Shown here: one piece after another, positions 27,763-39,344 of the stretch
Position numbering within the stretch: position 1 is the stretch's first letter
Layout: each line of letters starts with the position of its first letter
Assembly: GCA_963828465.1 (NCBI GenBank)
Contig: CAWHEU010000004.1
Span: 73,680-137,679, forward strand
Length of the DNA: 64,000 nucleotides
From: an uncultured Acidobacteriota bacterium
Lineage (GTDB): Bacteria; Actinomycetota; Acidimicrobiia; Spongiisociales; ZC4RG35
Direction: 5' to 3'
The notes under the pieces: model-generated
The model's database searches: none
The model's input: only the letters and a program-made list of their open reading frames with translations
Told to the model about the DNA's origin: nothing
Program-made: the position numbers and the translations under genes

Positions 27763-30396
27763 TCAGGGCCTATCGGCCGCGAGCTCGGGGGGGTTCTCGA
27801 ACTCAACGACCAGGTCGTCTTCGACGAGCTCGACCCTGATGGTGGCGCCATCCTGGATCTCACCACCGATCAGAGCACGGCCGATGCGAGTCTCGAGCTC
27901 GTGGGAGATGAAGCGGCGCAACGGTCGAGCTCCATAGACCGGGTCGAAGCCCTGCTCGGCGATGAACTTCATTGCGGCGTCGCTCACCTCTAGCTTCGTG
28001 TTCCTCTCGGCGAGCCGGTTCCTCACGTCGTCGAGCATCAGATCGACGACCCTCTCGATCTCCTCCAGTGTCAGTGGCTTGAACAGCACCACATCATCGA
28101 CCCGATTGAGAAACTCGGGTCTGAAATGGCGACGTAGTTCGCCGGTGACCATCTCTCTCGCCTCCGGCTTGATCTCGCCCGCCGGCGTGATCCCTTCCAG
28201 CAGATATTGGGAACCGATATTCGAGGTCATGATGATGACCGTGTTCCGGAAATCGACCGTCCTCCCCTGCGCATCTGTGAGCCTCCCGTCGTCGAGCACC
28301 TGGAGCAGCGTGTTGAACACGTCCGCATGGGCCTTCTCGATCTCATCGAAGAGCACCACCGAATAGGGCTTCCTCCGAACCGCTTCGGTGAGCTGCCCGC
28401 CCTCCTCGTACCCGACATACCCCGGAGGCGCCCCGACCAGGCGGCTCACGGTGTGCCGCTCCTGGTATTCGCTCATGTCGATGCGGACCATGTTCTCCTG
28501 GCTGTCGAACAGGGCTGAGGCCAATGCCTTGGCCAGTTCGGTCTTCCCAACTCCGGTAGGACCGAGAAACACGAAGGAGCCGATGGGCCGGCGAGGGTCC
28601 TTGATCCCTGAACGGGCACGGATGATGGCGTCGGCCACGAGGCCGACCGCCTCGTCCTGACCGACCACCCTCTCGTGGAGGATCGAATCGAGTCGCAGGA
28701 GCTTCTCCCGCTCGCCCTCCTGGAGTCGGCTGACAGGTATGCCTGTCCACCGTGACACGATCCCGGCGATCTCCTCCTCGGTCACGACCTCTCGCAGGAG
28801 ACGGTGCTGACCCTGTTCGGAGGCCAGCTTCTCCTCCATCTCTTTCAGCTTGCGTTCCAGGTCGGGAAGGTCCCCATGACGCAGCTGGGCAGCCCGATCG
28901 AGGTCGTAGTTCCGCTCGGCCTCCTCGGTCTCCCGATGCACACGTTCGATCGAGGCGCGAAGCTCCTGCACGTCCCTCAGGATCTGCCGCTCCGACTCCC
29001 ACTGCCCCCGCATCGCCGCCGCCTCGGTCTTCAGGTCGGCCAGCTCCCTCCGCAGTTCCTCCAGCCGCTTCTTGCTGGCCGCGTCCTTCTCCTTGCTGAG
29101 TGCCGCTTCCTCGATCTCGAGCCGGGTCACACGCCGGGTGAGCTCGTCGAGCTCGGCGGGCATGGAGTCGATCTCGGTGCGAAGCATGGCGCATGCCTCG
29201 TCGACGAGGTCGATCGCCTTGTCGGGAAGGAATCGGTCAGTGATGTACCGGTGACTGAGGACGGCGGCAGCGACCAGCGCCGAGTCCTGGATCTTCACGC
29301 CGTGGAACACCTCGAAGCGCTCGCGCAGACCGCGGAGGATCGAGATGGCGTCCTCCACAGTTGGCTCGTCGACCAGCACGGTCTGGAAACGCCGCTCGAG
29401 CGCCGCATCCTTTTCGATGTGCCTTCGGTACTCGTCAAGTGTGGTGGCCCCGATCATGTGGAGCTCGCCACGGGCCAGCATCGGCTTGAGCATGTTCCCG
29501 GCATCCATCGCCCCCTCGGCCGCACCGGCGCCGACAACCGTGTGGAGCTCGTCAACGAATAGAAGGATCCGGCCCTCCGCTGCCTTCACCTCGCCGAGGA
29601 CGGCCTTGAGGCGCTCCTCGAATTCACCCCGGTACTTGGCGCCGGCGATCAGAGATCCCATGTCGAGGGCGAACACCGACTTGTCCTTGAGCCCTTCGGG
29701 GACATCGCCTCGCATGATGCGCTGGGCCAGGCCTTCGACAATGGCGGTCTTGCCCACTCCCGGGTCACCGATGAGGACCGGGTTGTTCTTGGTCTTCCTG
29801 GACAGGATCTGGATGGCCCGGCGAATCTCGGTGTCGCGACCGATCACAGGGTCGAGCTTCCCGCTCCGGGCGTCGGCGACCAGGTCCCGGCCGTACTTCT
29901 CCAACGACTCGTACGCCGACTCTGGTGTTGCCGAGGTCACCCGCTGGTTGCCCCGGATGGCCGTCAGTGATTCGAGGAACCGATCCCGTGTGATGCCCTG
30001 CTCGGTGAGGGCGCGCTTGGCGTCGGTGTCCGCCTCACCGAGAAAGGCGATGATGAGATGCTCCACCGACACGTATTCGTCCTTGAGACGCGTCGCCTCC
30101 CTCTCTGCCGTGTCAAGGAGCCTGGCCAGGCGTTGCGTCACCCGGATCTCTCCGGGCGAAACCCCGGACCCACTGACACTCGGGCGCTTGGCGAGATCCG
30201 CCTCCGTATGGCCGGCGAGACGAGCGGGCTCGCCGCCGGCTTGCGAGATGAGACGAGGCACCAGGCCTTCCGGTTGCGTCAAGAGGGCGAGGAGAAGGTG
30301 CTCGCCGTCGACCTCGGTGTGACCGAGCCGGACCGCGATCGACTGGGCTTCGGAAAGCGCCTGCTGCGATTTTTCGGTGAGTCGATTCAGATCCAT
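27763..30396 (-). CDS. clpB: ATP-dependent chaperone ClpB
   Basis: Clp N-domain, two AAA+ modules ([15 protein letters not shown] and [16 protein letters not shown]), a coiled-coil middle domain; 877 aa. Confidence 0.95.
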   Translation of the reverse strand: MDLNRLTEKSQQALSEAQSIAVRLGHTEVDGEHLLLALLTQPEGLVPRLISQAGGEPARLAGHTEADLAKRPSVSGSGVSPGEIRVTQRLARLLDTAEREATRLKDEYVSVEHLIIAFLGEADTDAKRALTEQGITRDRFLESLTAIRGNQRVTSATPESAYESLEKYGRDLVADARSGKLDPVIGRDTEIRRAIQILSRKTKNNPVLIGDPGVGKTAIVEGLAQRIMRGDVPEGLKDKSVFALDMGSLIAGAKYRGEFEERLKAVLGEVKAAEGRILLFVDELHTVVGAGAAEGAMDAGNMLKPMLARGELHMIGATTLDEYRRHIEKDAALERRFQTVLVDEPTVEDAISILRGLRERFEVFHGVKIQDSALVAAAVLSHRYITDRFLPDKAIDLVDEACAMLRTEIDSMPAELDELTRRVTRLEIEEAALSKEKDAASKKRLEELRRELADLKTEAAAMRGQWESERQILRDVQELRASIERVHRETEEAERNYDLDRAAQLRHGDLPDLERKLKEMEEKLASEQGQHRLLREVVTEEEIAGIVSRWTGIPVSRLQEGEREKLLRLDSILHERVVGQDEAVGLVADAIIRARSGIKDPRRPIGSFVFLGPTGVGKTELAKALASALFDSQENMVRIDMSEYQERHTVSRLVGAPPGYVGYEEGGQLTEAVRRKPYSVVLFDEIEKAHADVFNTLLQVLDDGRLTDAQGRTVDFRNTVIIMTSNIGSQYLLEGITPAGEIKPEAREMVTGELRRHFRPEFLNRVDDVVLFKPLTLEEIERVVDLMLDDVRNRLAERNTKLEVSDAAMKFIAEQGFDPVYGARPLRRFISHELETRIGRALIGGEIQDGATIRVELVEDDLVVEFENPPELAADRP

Positions 30397-30517
30397 GACC
30401 AATCCCAATCTATTTCACACCGCCCTATTTCGTACCCGGCCGCCGGCCGCAGGTAAACCAAGTAGCGCGGTTGTGCGTGTTAGGTGGGTGAACACGATTC
30501 AGGAATCGAGGAGACAC

Positions 30518-31036
30518 GTGTCTTCGACAGAGATCGGTGCGCTCGACGTCGAGCCCTTCGAGAGCTTCTACCGACGTGAATACGCCCGGATGGTGGCAAT
30601 CGCGCGCGCCCTCATGCGAACCGGCTCCTCGGCGGAGGATCTCGCCCAAGAATCGTTCGTGGCCGCCCACCGCAATTGGGATCGGATCTCGGGATACGAC
30701 GATCCCGGGGCCTGGGTCCGAAGGGTGCTGATCAATCGAGCAACGTCCCTTCATCGCAAGGCCGGCGCCGAGCTGCGTGCTCTGACCCGGCTCGGGGGCC
30801 ACGCTGAGGACACGATTCCTGAGCTGACCCCGCGAGGCCTCGAGGTGTGGGATGAGGTGAGGAAACTCCCGAGACGACAGGCCCAGGCCACGGTATTGCA
30901 CTACGTCGACCAGCTCTCGATCGAGGAGATAGGCGAGGTCATGGGTGTTAGCCCGGGTGCTGTGAAGGCACATCTGCACAAGGCGAGGGCCCACCTCAGC
31001 AAGCGTCTGGTGGCATGGGGCGAGGAGACGATATGA
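30518..31036 (+). CDS. ECF (sigma-70 family) RNA polymerase sigma factor
   Basis: Region 2 and region 4 motifs are present (QESFVAAHRNWDRISGYDDPGAWVRRVLINRA...LSIEEIGEVMGVSPGAVKAHLHKAR). A GTG start at 30518 is preceded by GGAATCGAGGAG. Confidence 0.85.
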   Translation: MSSTEIGALDVEPFESFYRREYARMVAIARALMRTGSSAEDLAQESFVAAHRNWDRISGYDDPGAWVRRVLINRATSLHRKAGAELRALTRLGGHAEDTIPELTPRGLEVWDEVRKLPRRQAQATVLHYVDQLSIEEIGEVMGVSPGAVKAHLHKARAHLSKRLVAWGEETI

Positions 31037-31794
31037 AGCATCTCGACGAATTCGAGCAGAGGATGGAACAGGCCGCTCAGGAGGTGCGCCAGTCCGCCAA
31101 GCACGCTGTGCCGCCCCCGCTGGAAACCGGGGCTCGCCGCACCCTTCCCCGCGGATGGCTGATCTTCGCCGCCGCCTTCGGTGTGGTGATCGTGACTCTC
31201 GGTGTGCTCCCGATGATCTCGACCCCCGAAGATTCCGGGCCCGCCAGCGAGTCCACGCCCTCGACAACTCCGGCCGTCGCATCGACCACCGTGCCCGAAC
31301 CGGTCACGACCGTCCCGTCAGCCGATGCCGGCTGCTCGGCTGCCGGGCTGCCGATGCCTGCGGAGCAGGAGGGTCTGCCGGCGCCGGTCGCCGACGCAAG
31401 GCGAGCGATCGCCGCCGCTGCGATTGCATGCGACTACGAGGCGCTCGAGGCGTTGGCCTCTCCCGATCTCGTCACCAGCTTTGGCGGTGGCGGATTCGAG
31501 AACATCCCGATGTGGGAGGAAGAGGGCACGTATCCGGCGCTCGCCCTGCTTGTGGAGCTGTTCGACACTCCGTATGCCTTCGAGGACTACGAAGACCTGC
31601 CGCGTCACTATTACTGGCCGTCCGCCTTCGTATACGACTCGTGGGAAGAGATCCCCCCCGCCGACATGGAAGCGCTTCTCACGGTCTACACCCAGGAGGA
31701 GCTCGACCAGTCCGCCGAATTCGGCTCTTACGCCCTCTGGCGCATCGGCATCACCGAGACCGGTGAGTGGAGGTTCTTCGTCGCAGGCGACTGA
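31033..31794 (+). CDS. Putative anti-sigma factor, single-pass membrane protein
   Basis: Start overlaps the sigma stop (ATGA). Has an N-terminal cytoplasmic helix, one TM segment (WLIFAAAFGVVIVTLGVL), and a Pro/Thr-rich extracytoplasmic domain. Confidence 0.5.
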   Translation: MKHLDEFEQRMEQAAQEVRQSAKHAVPPPLETGARRTLPRGWLIFAAAFGVVIVTLGVLPMISTPEDSGPASESTPSTTPAVASTTVPEPVTTVPSADAGCSAAGLPMPAEQEGLPAPVADARRAIAAAAIACDYEALEALASPDLVTSFGGGGFENIPMWEEEGTYPALALLVELFDTPYAFEDYEDLPRHYYWPSAFVYDSWEEIPPADMEALLTVYTQEELDQSAEFGSYALWRIGITETGEWRFFVAGD

Positions 31795-31809
31795 GGGTCG
31801 GCTGGTAAC

Positions 31810-32472
31810 TTGCCGCCGGTGAATTGGGGACGCGTCTTCTTCGGCCTGCTGGTGGTGGCGGTTGGCGTCATCCTCCTGCTCGACAACGCAGGGATCCTCG
31901 ATTCGTGGGAGATCTTCAGCACCTGGTGGCCGGCGGTTCTGATCCTCGCCGGTGTTCTCACCTTCGCCGCCAACCCGAGGCACTGGCCTGTTGCCCTGAT
32001 CATCACCGGAGTCGGAGCCGCCTTCTTGCTTTCCAATCTCGGCATCGTTGACATCGGTGATTTCATCATTCCGGCCGCCATCATCCTGGTCGGACTCCTC
32101 GTGCTCTTCGGACGTGGCCTTGGGGCGAGAACCGAGGCCGGCGATCGGGTCAACAGTTTCAACGTCTTCTCCGGCAGCGAGATCGCATCGCACTCGAAGC
32201 AGTTCCAGGGTGGGAGCATCTCCGCGGTGTTCGGCGGAGCGGAGGTGGATCTCCGGGACACGTTGCCCGCGCCCGACGCACGTTTGGACGTGTTCGCTGC
32301 GTTCGGTGGGGTGGAGGTAACCGTGCCCGAGGGCTGGAATGTCGTGATCCGTGGCCTGCCTCTATTCGGGGGCATCGAAAACGCGACCGCCAAGGAGGCA
32401 GTCCCGGCGGACGCTCCCACGCTGGCGGTCAGCGCCACCGTCCTGTTCGGCGGGCTCGAAATCAAGCATTGA
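31810..32472 (+). CDS. LiaF-like cell-envelope stress protein (DUF2154-type)
   Basis: N-terminal TM helices plus a C-terminal beta-rich domain with FGG repeats: AVFGGAEVDL...AAFGGVEVTV...LFGGIEN...LFGGLEI. Confidence 0.6.
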   Translation: MPPVNWGRVFFGLLVVAVGVILLLDNAGILDSWEIFSTWWPAVLILAGVLTFAANPRHWPVALIITGVGAAFLLSNLGIVDIGDFIIPAAIILVGLLVLFGRGLGARTEAGDRVNSFNVFSGSEIASHSKQFQGGSISAVFGGAEVDLRDTLPAPDARLDVFAAFGGVEVTVPEGWNVVIRGLPLFGGIENATAKEAVPADAPTLAVSATVLFGGLEIKH

Positions 32473-33554
32473 CCGCCCGACTCAGCAGACGGGCCCTCAA
32501 CCGGACCACGCTGGGACGCCAGCTGTTGCTCGAGCGGGCGAAGCACACACCGGGCGACGCGATGGAGCTCCTGGTGGGGATGCAGGCTCAAAATCCGCAG
32601 GACCCCTACTACGCACTGTGGTCCCGGCTCGAGGAGTTCGCCCCCGAGGACCTCTCCGGCATGATCGAGCGCCGCGAAGCGCTTCGCGGCGCTCTCCTGC
32701 GAGCCACTCTGCACATCTCCACGACCCCCGACTTCATGTTTCTGCGCTCACACCTCCAGGAGACCCTGGCAGCCGTCCTTGGATCCACCTCATTCGCCAA
32801 AGACACCGCAGGCATGGACCGGAAAATGCTTCTCGACCGGGGCCGGTCGTTGCTGGAGGAGCGTCCGATGACCCGTGCCGATCTGGCACGGGCACTCGAA
32901 GAAAGGTGGCCCGGGATCCCAGGAAACTCGATGGCCCAGGTCGTCACCTACCTGCTGCCGGTGATCCAGGTACCACCACGGGGGTTGTGGGGTCGATCCG
33001 GCGCCGCCACTTGGACAACTCTCGAGAGCTGGGTCGGTAGCGGCTTGCCCGACGTGAGTGATCTCGAGAAGATCGTCATGCGGTACCTGGCCGTGTTCGG
33101 GCCGGCCACGATCTCAGACATGAGGGTGTGGTCGAGACTCAATGGTCTACGCCAGGTGGTCGACGGGATGCGCGATCGTCTTCGATCCCTTCAAGGCGAG
33201 GACGGCTCCGAGCTGCTCGATCACCCCAATGCCCCCATCCTCGATGAAGACACCCCTGCTCCGCCCCGATTCCTTCCCGAGTACGACAACGTCCTCCTCG
33301 GGCATTCCGATCGCTCCCGATTCTTCACTCCCGGGATCGTGCCGCCGGGCTGGGCGGGCAACCTCCTGGTCGACGGGGTGTTCAGTGGATGGTGGAAGAT
33401 CGGCCGGGACGGCAAGAAATCGCAGCTGGAGGTTCATCTCCAGCGCGACGTCTCTCCCGTCGAAGTGAGGGCCGTCGGGGAGGAAGCGGAGCGCTTGCAT
33501 CCCTTCGCTGCGCCCGATGCCGCCCTTCGTGAGATCCTCGTCCGCGAGTACTGA
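32469..33554 (+). CDS. Winged-helix DNA glycosylase of the YcaQ/AlkZ (HTH_42, DUF1006) family
   Basis: 361-aa protein with the family pattern ALNRTTLGRQLLLERA...LVGMQAQ near the N-terminus. Start overlaps the upstream stop. Confidence 0.55.
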   Translation: MTARLSRRALNRTTLGRQLLLERAKHTPGDAMELLVGMQAQNPQDPYYALWSRLEEFAPEDLSGMIERREALRGALLRATLHISTTPDFMFLRSHLQETLAAVLGSTSFAKDTAGMDRKMLLDRGRSLLEERPMTRADLARALEERWPGIPGNSMAQVVTYLLPVIQVPPRGLWGRSGAATWTTLESWVGSGLPDVSDLEKIVMRYLAVFGPATISDMRVWSRLNGLRQVVDGMRDRLRSLQGEDGSELLDHPNAPILDEDTPAPPRFLPEYDNVLLGHSDRSRFFTPGIVPPGWAGNLLVDGVFSGWWKIGRDGKKSQLEVHLQRDVSPVEVRAVGEEAERLHPFAAPDAALREILVREY

Positions 33555-33698
33555 CTCGTCATTCAACCCGCTGGACAAATGCGAGGACGTGTGCCAAGGT
33601 TGGGCTCTGAAGGGCCCGAAGGGCGGCGAAAGTCGTTCATCGGGCTCTTCTCTAATCCACGGATTCTGATCCGTGGCCGCGGGAAGAAGGGACACGAG

Positions 33699-34160
33699 AT
33701 GACATCGACAGGTGAGCCACCTCGTCTGACCCAAGAGGGCCGTGTGCTCCTCGAGGAGCGCGCCCGTCGTCTCGAAGAGGAAACGATCCCTGCTCTCGTC
33801 GAGGCGATCGAAGAAGAAGACGATGAGATGGCGCCCAGACTCGAGCAAGACCTCGCTCTTCGTGAGCTGGAGCAACTGAAGTACGTCCTTGCCACCGCCG
33901 GCAATATCTACGACATCCCCGAGGATCCCGGGATAGTCCAGATCGGTGACCGGGTGACGATCCGACTCGATGACGGGGAAGAGGTCCGCCACCTGATCGT
34001 GGACCCTGCCGAGGCCGGTCTCGACACCATTCGAATCTCATCCGACTCACCCCTTGCCACAGGAATCCTCGGCCATGGGGTTGGGGAGGAAGTGACCATC
34101 GAAGCGCCCAGCGGGCCCTACACCGCCACCATCGTCGAATCGGCGCGCGCCGGCGACTGA
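33699..34160 (+). CDS. GreA/GreB-family transcription elongation factor-like protein
   Basis: 153 aa: an N-terminal coiled-coil, then an FKBP-like C-terminal domain (VQIGDRVTIRLDDGEEVRHLIV...GEEVTIEAPSG). Confidence 0.6.
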   Translation: MTSTGEPPRLTQEGRVLLEERARRLEEETIPALVEAIEEEDDEMAPRLEQDLALRELEQLKYVLATAGNIYDIPEDPGIVQIGDRVTIRLDDGEEVRHLIVDPAEAGLDTIRISSDSPLATGILGHGVGEEVTIEAPSGPYTATIVESARAGD

Positions 34161-34187
34161 GAGAGTCTCAGGCTAAGAAGGGGTGGG

Positions 34188-35567
34188 TCAGGGCGCTGCC
34201 AGGCTGTCCGCCACCCACGACGAGATCTCATCCACAGTCCGGACACCGCGTTCCCAAGATGACCACCCGTTGGTCAGGACCGCGATCACGTATCCCCCCT
34301 GGCGCCCCGGCCGGGCGACGTAGCCCACCGAATTGGCCACCCCGCCTGCGAAGCCGTTCTTCTGGCCGACCGTCCAACCCTCCGGAACTCCACGGGTGAT
34401 GCCCCATGTCTGCCCGGACACCACCGAGGTCATGAGGTCCCAGGCGATTTCACGGTCCGCTCTCTCGAGCGGGCCCCAGTCGCCGAGGATGACCTGGCGA
34501 ACGAGATCCCCCTGGTCCTTCGCCGAGGTGGTGGTCAGGCCCCAGGCGGCACCATCGTCACCCACGGTCGTGGTCTGGGCGAGTTCGAAGATCCTGGCCT
34601 GCCGGGAATACCAGGGCGATCCCCCATATCTGCTCCACAGTGCCCTCACCGGCCCGTCGGCAGAACGCGTGATCATGGGTCGCAGTTGGCCCAGTTCCCA
34701 TGACGTGATGGCGCGCCCGTTGGATCGAGCCTCCAACAATGTGCCCGCCATGACCATGACCTTGAATACCGAGGCCGTCCGCAGCCTCTCTTCCGGATTC
34801 ATCCAGTAGGCACATCCCGTTCTCGTGTCGTAGGCATATGCAGCGAACGCCTGGCCCGGATACCGCGCGGAAAGAGACTGTGCTCGGGCCTCGGTGAACG
34901 GGTCTGGAGGACATGGGTCCAAACCCAGTGCCGTCACCACCACTCTGGCGAACTCGGCGCGAGTCACCGGCGACCTGCCCCCGAACAGGCCGTTGCTCGA
35001 GTCCCACAGGCCGTGGTAGGCGGCAATTCGAGCTGCCCGGTGATAAAACCGCGTAGCCGTGTCCGTCCAAGGGGAGCGAAACGACTCGGGGGCATTCAGA
35101 GCCAAGGTGTTGACCAGCATCTTGGCGATCTGGCCGCGTTGAAGAGGCTCCGACGGGCAGATGTGCCGGTTGACCGGTGGGTCGCATCCACTGATCACAC
35201 CGGCGTGTGCCAGCAGATTCGCCAGGCCCGAGGCGGCTCCGCCCCAGATTGGATCATCGTCGACGAAGTAGTCGTGAGCGATCGAGGGATACGTCGGAAG
35301 TGACCCAGCGTGGTGGCCAACGCCAACGAGGATCTTGACCGCCTCGATCCGGTTGAGGACACGATCCGGGCAAATCCTGGTATTGGCTGGTGGGTTGCAC
35401 CCATGAACGATGCCGTTTTCGGCCAGCCACTCGAGATATGGCTCACCCGGGTGCCCGTCGTCATCTGTGAACGGGCCGAGATCCGAAACCTGAGCGTCCG
35501 CCACGTCGGGGAGCATCCAGACACACATCGACACCAGAAGTCCAGCAGCGACGATTCGGAGACTCAC
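34188..35567 (-). CDS. Secreted SLH-domain protein fused to a class-A beta-lactamase-like serine hydrolase domain
   Basis: Signal peptide [24 protein letters not shown]. Three SLH-like repeats ([41 protein letters not shown]). The C-terminal domain has SxxK (RTASVFKVM) and a KNG/KTG-like motif. Confidence 0.65.
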   Translation of the reverse strand: MSLRIVAAGLLVSMCVWMLPDVADAQVSDLGPFTDDDGHPGEPYLEWLAENGIVHGCNPPANTRICPDRVLNRIEAVKILVGVGHHAGSLPTYPSIAHDYFVDDDPIWGGAASGLANLLAHAGVISGCDPPVNRHICPSEPLQRGQIAKMLVNTLALNAPESFRSPWTDTATRFYHRAARIAAYHGLWDSSNGLFGGRSPVTRAEFARVVVTALGLDPCPPDPFTEARAQSLSARYPGQAFAAYAYDTRTGCAYWMNPEERLRTASVFKVMVMAGTLLEARSNGRAITSWELGQLRPMITRSADGPVRALWSRYGGSPWYSRQARIFELAQTTTVGDDGAAWGLTTTSAKDQGDLVRQVILGDWGPLERADREIAWDLMTSVVSGQTWGITRGVPEGWTVGQKNGFAGGVANSVGYVARPGRQGGYVIAVLTNGWSSWERGVRTVDEISSWVADSLAAP

Positions 35568-35689
35568 AGACAACTTCCCTTGATTGTGCCAGCGCGGTGG
35601 AACGGACCCGCAACCCGTATCTTTGCTCCCGGCATGCAACACAAATAGTGTTCCTGAGTTCTCGACGGGAGTGGAAGTGGAGGTTGACC

Positions 35690-37027
35690 GTGCCGGATGA
35701 GTTCTTTGCCGATGTCCCCGGGCCGATCGGGTTCGGAGGGCTCGACTCCGACGACGCACTCACCTTCCACGTCTACGAGCCCGACCGTGTGGTCCTTGGT
35801 AAGCGGATGGAGGATCACCTCCGGATAGCCGTCTGTTATTGGCACTCGTTCAATTGGCCCGGCAGCGATGTGTTCGGTGCCGGCACCCTCGATCGACCCT
35901 GGCTCAGTGGGCAGGGGGACCCGATGGACGCCGCCCGGCAGAAGATGGACGCGGCATTCGAGTTCTTCTCAAAGATGGGCACTCCCTTCTTCTGCTTCCA
36001 CGACGTGGACATCGCTCCAGAGGCCGACACATTTGCCGGGTCGGCCGCCAACCTCGAGGTCATGGTGGATTACGCCGAGAAGAAGATGGCCGACACCGGG
36101 GTGCGTCTCCTGTGGGGAACGGCCAATTTGTTCTCCCACCCCCGCTACGCGGCCGGGGCTTCGACAAACCCCGACCCCGAGGTTTTCGCCTACGCCGCGG
36201 CCCAGGTGAAACACGCTCTGGAGGCGACCCTTCGCCTCGACGGCGCCAACTATGTCCTGTGGGGAGGCCGGGAGGGTTACGAGACGCTGCTCAACACGGA
36301 TTTGAAGCGGGAGGGTGAGCAATTCGCCCGGTTCCTGACCATGGTGGCCGAGCACAAGCACAAGATCGGCTTCACCGGCACCCTTCTCATCGAGCCAAAA
36401 CCAGCCGAGCCGACCAAGCACCAGTACGACTACGACAGCCAGTCCGTGCACGGGTTCCTGGAGCGCTACGACCTGGTCGACGAGTACAAGGTCAACATCG
36501 AGGGAAACCACGCCACGCTTGCCGGGCACTCGTTCCATCACGAGGTCGCCTACGCAGTGGCGAACGGGATCTTCGGGTCGATCGACGCCAATCGGGGCGA
36601 CTATCAGAACGGCTGGGACACCGACCAGTTCCCCAACTCGGTCGACGAGTTGTCACTCGCCATTTACGAGGTCCTGCGAGGTGGTGGATTCACCACCGGG
36701 GGCTTCAACTTCGACACCAAGTTGCGCCGCCAGTCGATGGACCGGACCGATCTGTTCCACGGTCACATCGGCGGGATCGACACGGTGGCCCGGGCACTCC
36801 TGGTGGCGGCCGACATGATCGAGTCGGAGACGCTCTCGGGCCCCCTCGAGAAGCGGTACGAAGGGTGGTCGGCCGATCTCGGCTCGTCGATCCTGGCGGG
36901 TGAGGAAACGCTCGAGTCACTCGAGGCGAGGGTGGCAGCCGGAGAAATCGACCCGTCACCTGTGTCCGGCAACCAGGAGCTCCTCGAGAATCGGGTCAAT
37001 AGGGTCATCTGGTCCTCGGGGCGCTGA
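35690..37027 (+). CDS. xylA: Xylose isomerase, long (class II) type
   Basis: [13 protein letters not shown]...[12 protein letters not shown]...FCFHDVD...[15 protein letters not shown]...[20 protein letters not shown] start at 35690 follows GGAGG. Confidence 0.9.
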   Translation: MPDEFFADVPGPIGFGGLDSDDALTFHVYEPDRVVLGKRMEDHLRIAVCYWHSFNWPGSDVFGAGTLDRPWLSGQGDPMDAARQKMDAAFEFFSKMGTPFFCFHDVDIAPEADTFAGSAANLEVMVDYAEKKMADTGVRLLWGTANLFSHPRYAAGASTNPDPEVFAYAAAQVKHALEATLRLDGANYVLWGGREGYETLLNTDLKREGEQFARFLTMVAEHKHKIGFTGTLLIEPKPAEPTKHQYDYDSQSVHGFLERYDLVDEYKVNIEGNHATLAGHSFHHEVAYAVANGIFGSIDANRGDYQNGWDTDQFPNSVDELSLAIYEVLRGGGFTTGGFNFDTKLRRQSMDRTDLFHGHIGGIDTVARALLVAADMIESETLSGPLEKRYEGWSADLGSSILAGEETLESLEARVAAGEIDPSPVSGNQELLENRVNRVIWSSGR

Positions 37028-37083
37028 TAGTCGGTGCCCGAGGACGTCGTCGAGACGGCATTGAACCGGCTATCTGGTGACCC

Positions 37084-38570
37084 ATGAGCCTCGTCCTCGG
37101 AATCGATACCTCTACCACCGCCACCAAGGCGATCCTGGTCGACCGATCGGGAGTGGTGAAGGGTGTCGCCACGGCCACCTACGAATACGAGACACCCCAA
37201 CCGCTCTGGTCTGAGCAAAGCCCCGAATCTTGGTGGGAGGGCACTGCATCCTCGATTCGAGATGTGATGGAGGCGACCAATGCCTCACCCGGCGATATCG
37301 AGGCGGTCGGGCTCACCGGGCAGATGCACGGCTCGGTGCTCCTCGACGGAGTAGGCGCCGTGGTGAGACCCGCCATCCTCTGGAACGACCAGAGGACTGG
37401 ACCCCAGTGCGACGAGATCCGGCGTCGGATCGGGAAGCGGCGGCTGATCGAGATCACGGGCAACGACGCCCTGACCGGGTTCACCGCCCCGAAATTGTTG
37501 TGGGTGCAGGAGCACGAGCCCGAGAACTGGGCACGGGTGCGTCATGTGCTCCTCCCCAAGGATTACGTGCGCTTCCGCCTCACCGACGAATACGCGGTCG
37601 ATGTCGCCGACGGGTCGGGGACGATCCTGTTCGACCTCAAATCGAGGACATGGTCACCCGAGGTGATCGAAGCCCTCGGCATCGCGGCAGACCTCCTTCC
37701 CTCCGCTCACGAGGGACCCGACGTCACCGGGACGGTGAGCGGCGACGGATCCGAAGCCACGGGACTGCTGGCAGGCACGCCAGTCGTGGCCGGCGGGGGC
37801 GACCAATCCGCCAATGCCGTCGGAGTCGGGGCAATCGCACCGGGGGTGGTGGCTCTCTCTCTCGGGACTTCGGGCGTGGTGTTTGCCACAACAGATGGCC
37901 CTGCAGTCGAGCCTGAAGGACGGGTCCATGCCTTTTGCCATGCCGTTCCCCGTCGCTGGCACATGATGGGCGTCATGCTGTCGGCTGCCGGCAGTCTCCG
38001 ATGGCTGCGGGACGCCGTCGCGCCCAACAGCTCGTTCGACGACCTTGTCGCAGGGGCGGCCGAAGTCCCCCCGGGAGCGACGGTCTGCTCTTCCTCCCCT
38101 ACCTCACCGGTGAGCGCACTCCTCACCCGGATCCACTGGCCCGGGGCGCATTCGTCGGGCTCACGGTGCGTCACGACCTGCGCCACATGACCCGTGCCGT
38201 GATGGAGGGTGTCGCCTTCGGGTTGCGGGACGGCCTCGATCTGATGGTCGATGCCGGGATGGCCGCTCCCTCGCAGATCCGTGCGTCAGGAGGAGGGATC
38301 CGAAGTGCCCTGTGGCGCCAGGTCCTGGCCGACGTGCTCGACGCCGAGATCGCCCAGGTGGGCACCGAGGAAGGGGCCGCCTACGGCGCTTCTCTGTTGG
38401 CGGCCGTCGGGACGGGGTGGTTCGACACCGTCGATCAGGCGGCAGGCAATGTCATCGAGGTGAAGCCGGTGGCCACACCTTCATCGGCCGGCGAGGTCTA
38501 CGACACGGCACATGCTCGTTTCGCAGATCTGTACCCGGCGCTCACCCCCACTTTTCACGCCACTGTCTGA
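37084..38570 (+). CDS. xylB: Xylulokinase, with an apparent single-nucleotide deletion frameshift near 38077
   Basis: FGGY kinase. The frames join at ...AAEVPPGA / [19 protein letters not shown]...[15 protein letters not shown]. Confidence 0.8.
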
Positions 38571-38575
38571 CGAGC

Positions 38576-39344
38576 TCAGCCAATCCCCCGGGTCCGGTAT
38601 TCGGCAGAGACCAGATCGGTTAGCTCCTTCACCGAGGTCTCTCCCACCGGGGTGTCGAAGGTGATCCGGCCGTGCTGGACCAGGTTGACCCGATCGCACA
38701 TCTCGACGACCTGGGCGAAGTTGTGGGCGATCAGGATGATCGGATACATCGCCTCTCTGTCTCAGCTCCTTGATCAGGTCGATGATGATGGCGCTCTCCT
38801 TGGCGCCCATCGCCGCCAGCGGCTCGTCGAGCAGAATCACCTTGGCGTCGGAGTAGACGGCCCGGGCGATCGCCACCGCCTGGCGCTGGCCCCCGGAGAG
38901 GAACCCCACCTCGGTGTCGACCGACGGAATGCGGACCCCCATGTCGGCGAGACGTGTCTTGGCCAGGTCTCTCATCTCTTTCTTGTCGAGGAATGGGATC
39001 GGGCGATGCACCGACTCCTTGTTCAGACTCATGTTGGCGTACACCGGGAGCTGATTGACGAGGGCGAGGTCCTGGTAGACGGTCTCTATTCCCAGCTCAC
39101 GGGCGTGCGAGACGGAGCGCAGCCTCACCTCTTCCCCGTCGATGAAGATCTGCCCCTGGTCGGGCTGGGTGAACCCGGTGAGAATCTTGATCAACGTCGA
39201 CTTACCGGCGCCGTTGTCTCCGATCAGCCCCAGCACCTCGCCTTTGGCCAGGTGGATGTCGATGTCACGAAGAGCAACGACGGGCCCGTACGTCTTCCCG
39301 ATCCCCTCGGCCCTGATCGCTTCACCGTTGGATCCAGAGCTCAT
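38576..39344 (-). CDS. Sugar (xylose-type) ABC transporter ATP-binding protein, with an apparent frameshift near 38750
   Basis: Walker [25 protein letters not shown] and ILLDEPLAAM. After LIKELRQRG the conserved C-terminus (MYPIILIAHNFAQVVEMCDRVNLVQHGRITFD...) continues in the +1 frame. Confidence 0.75.
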
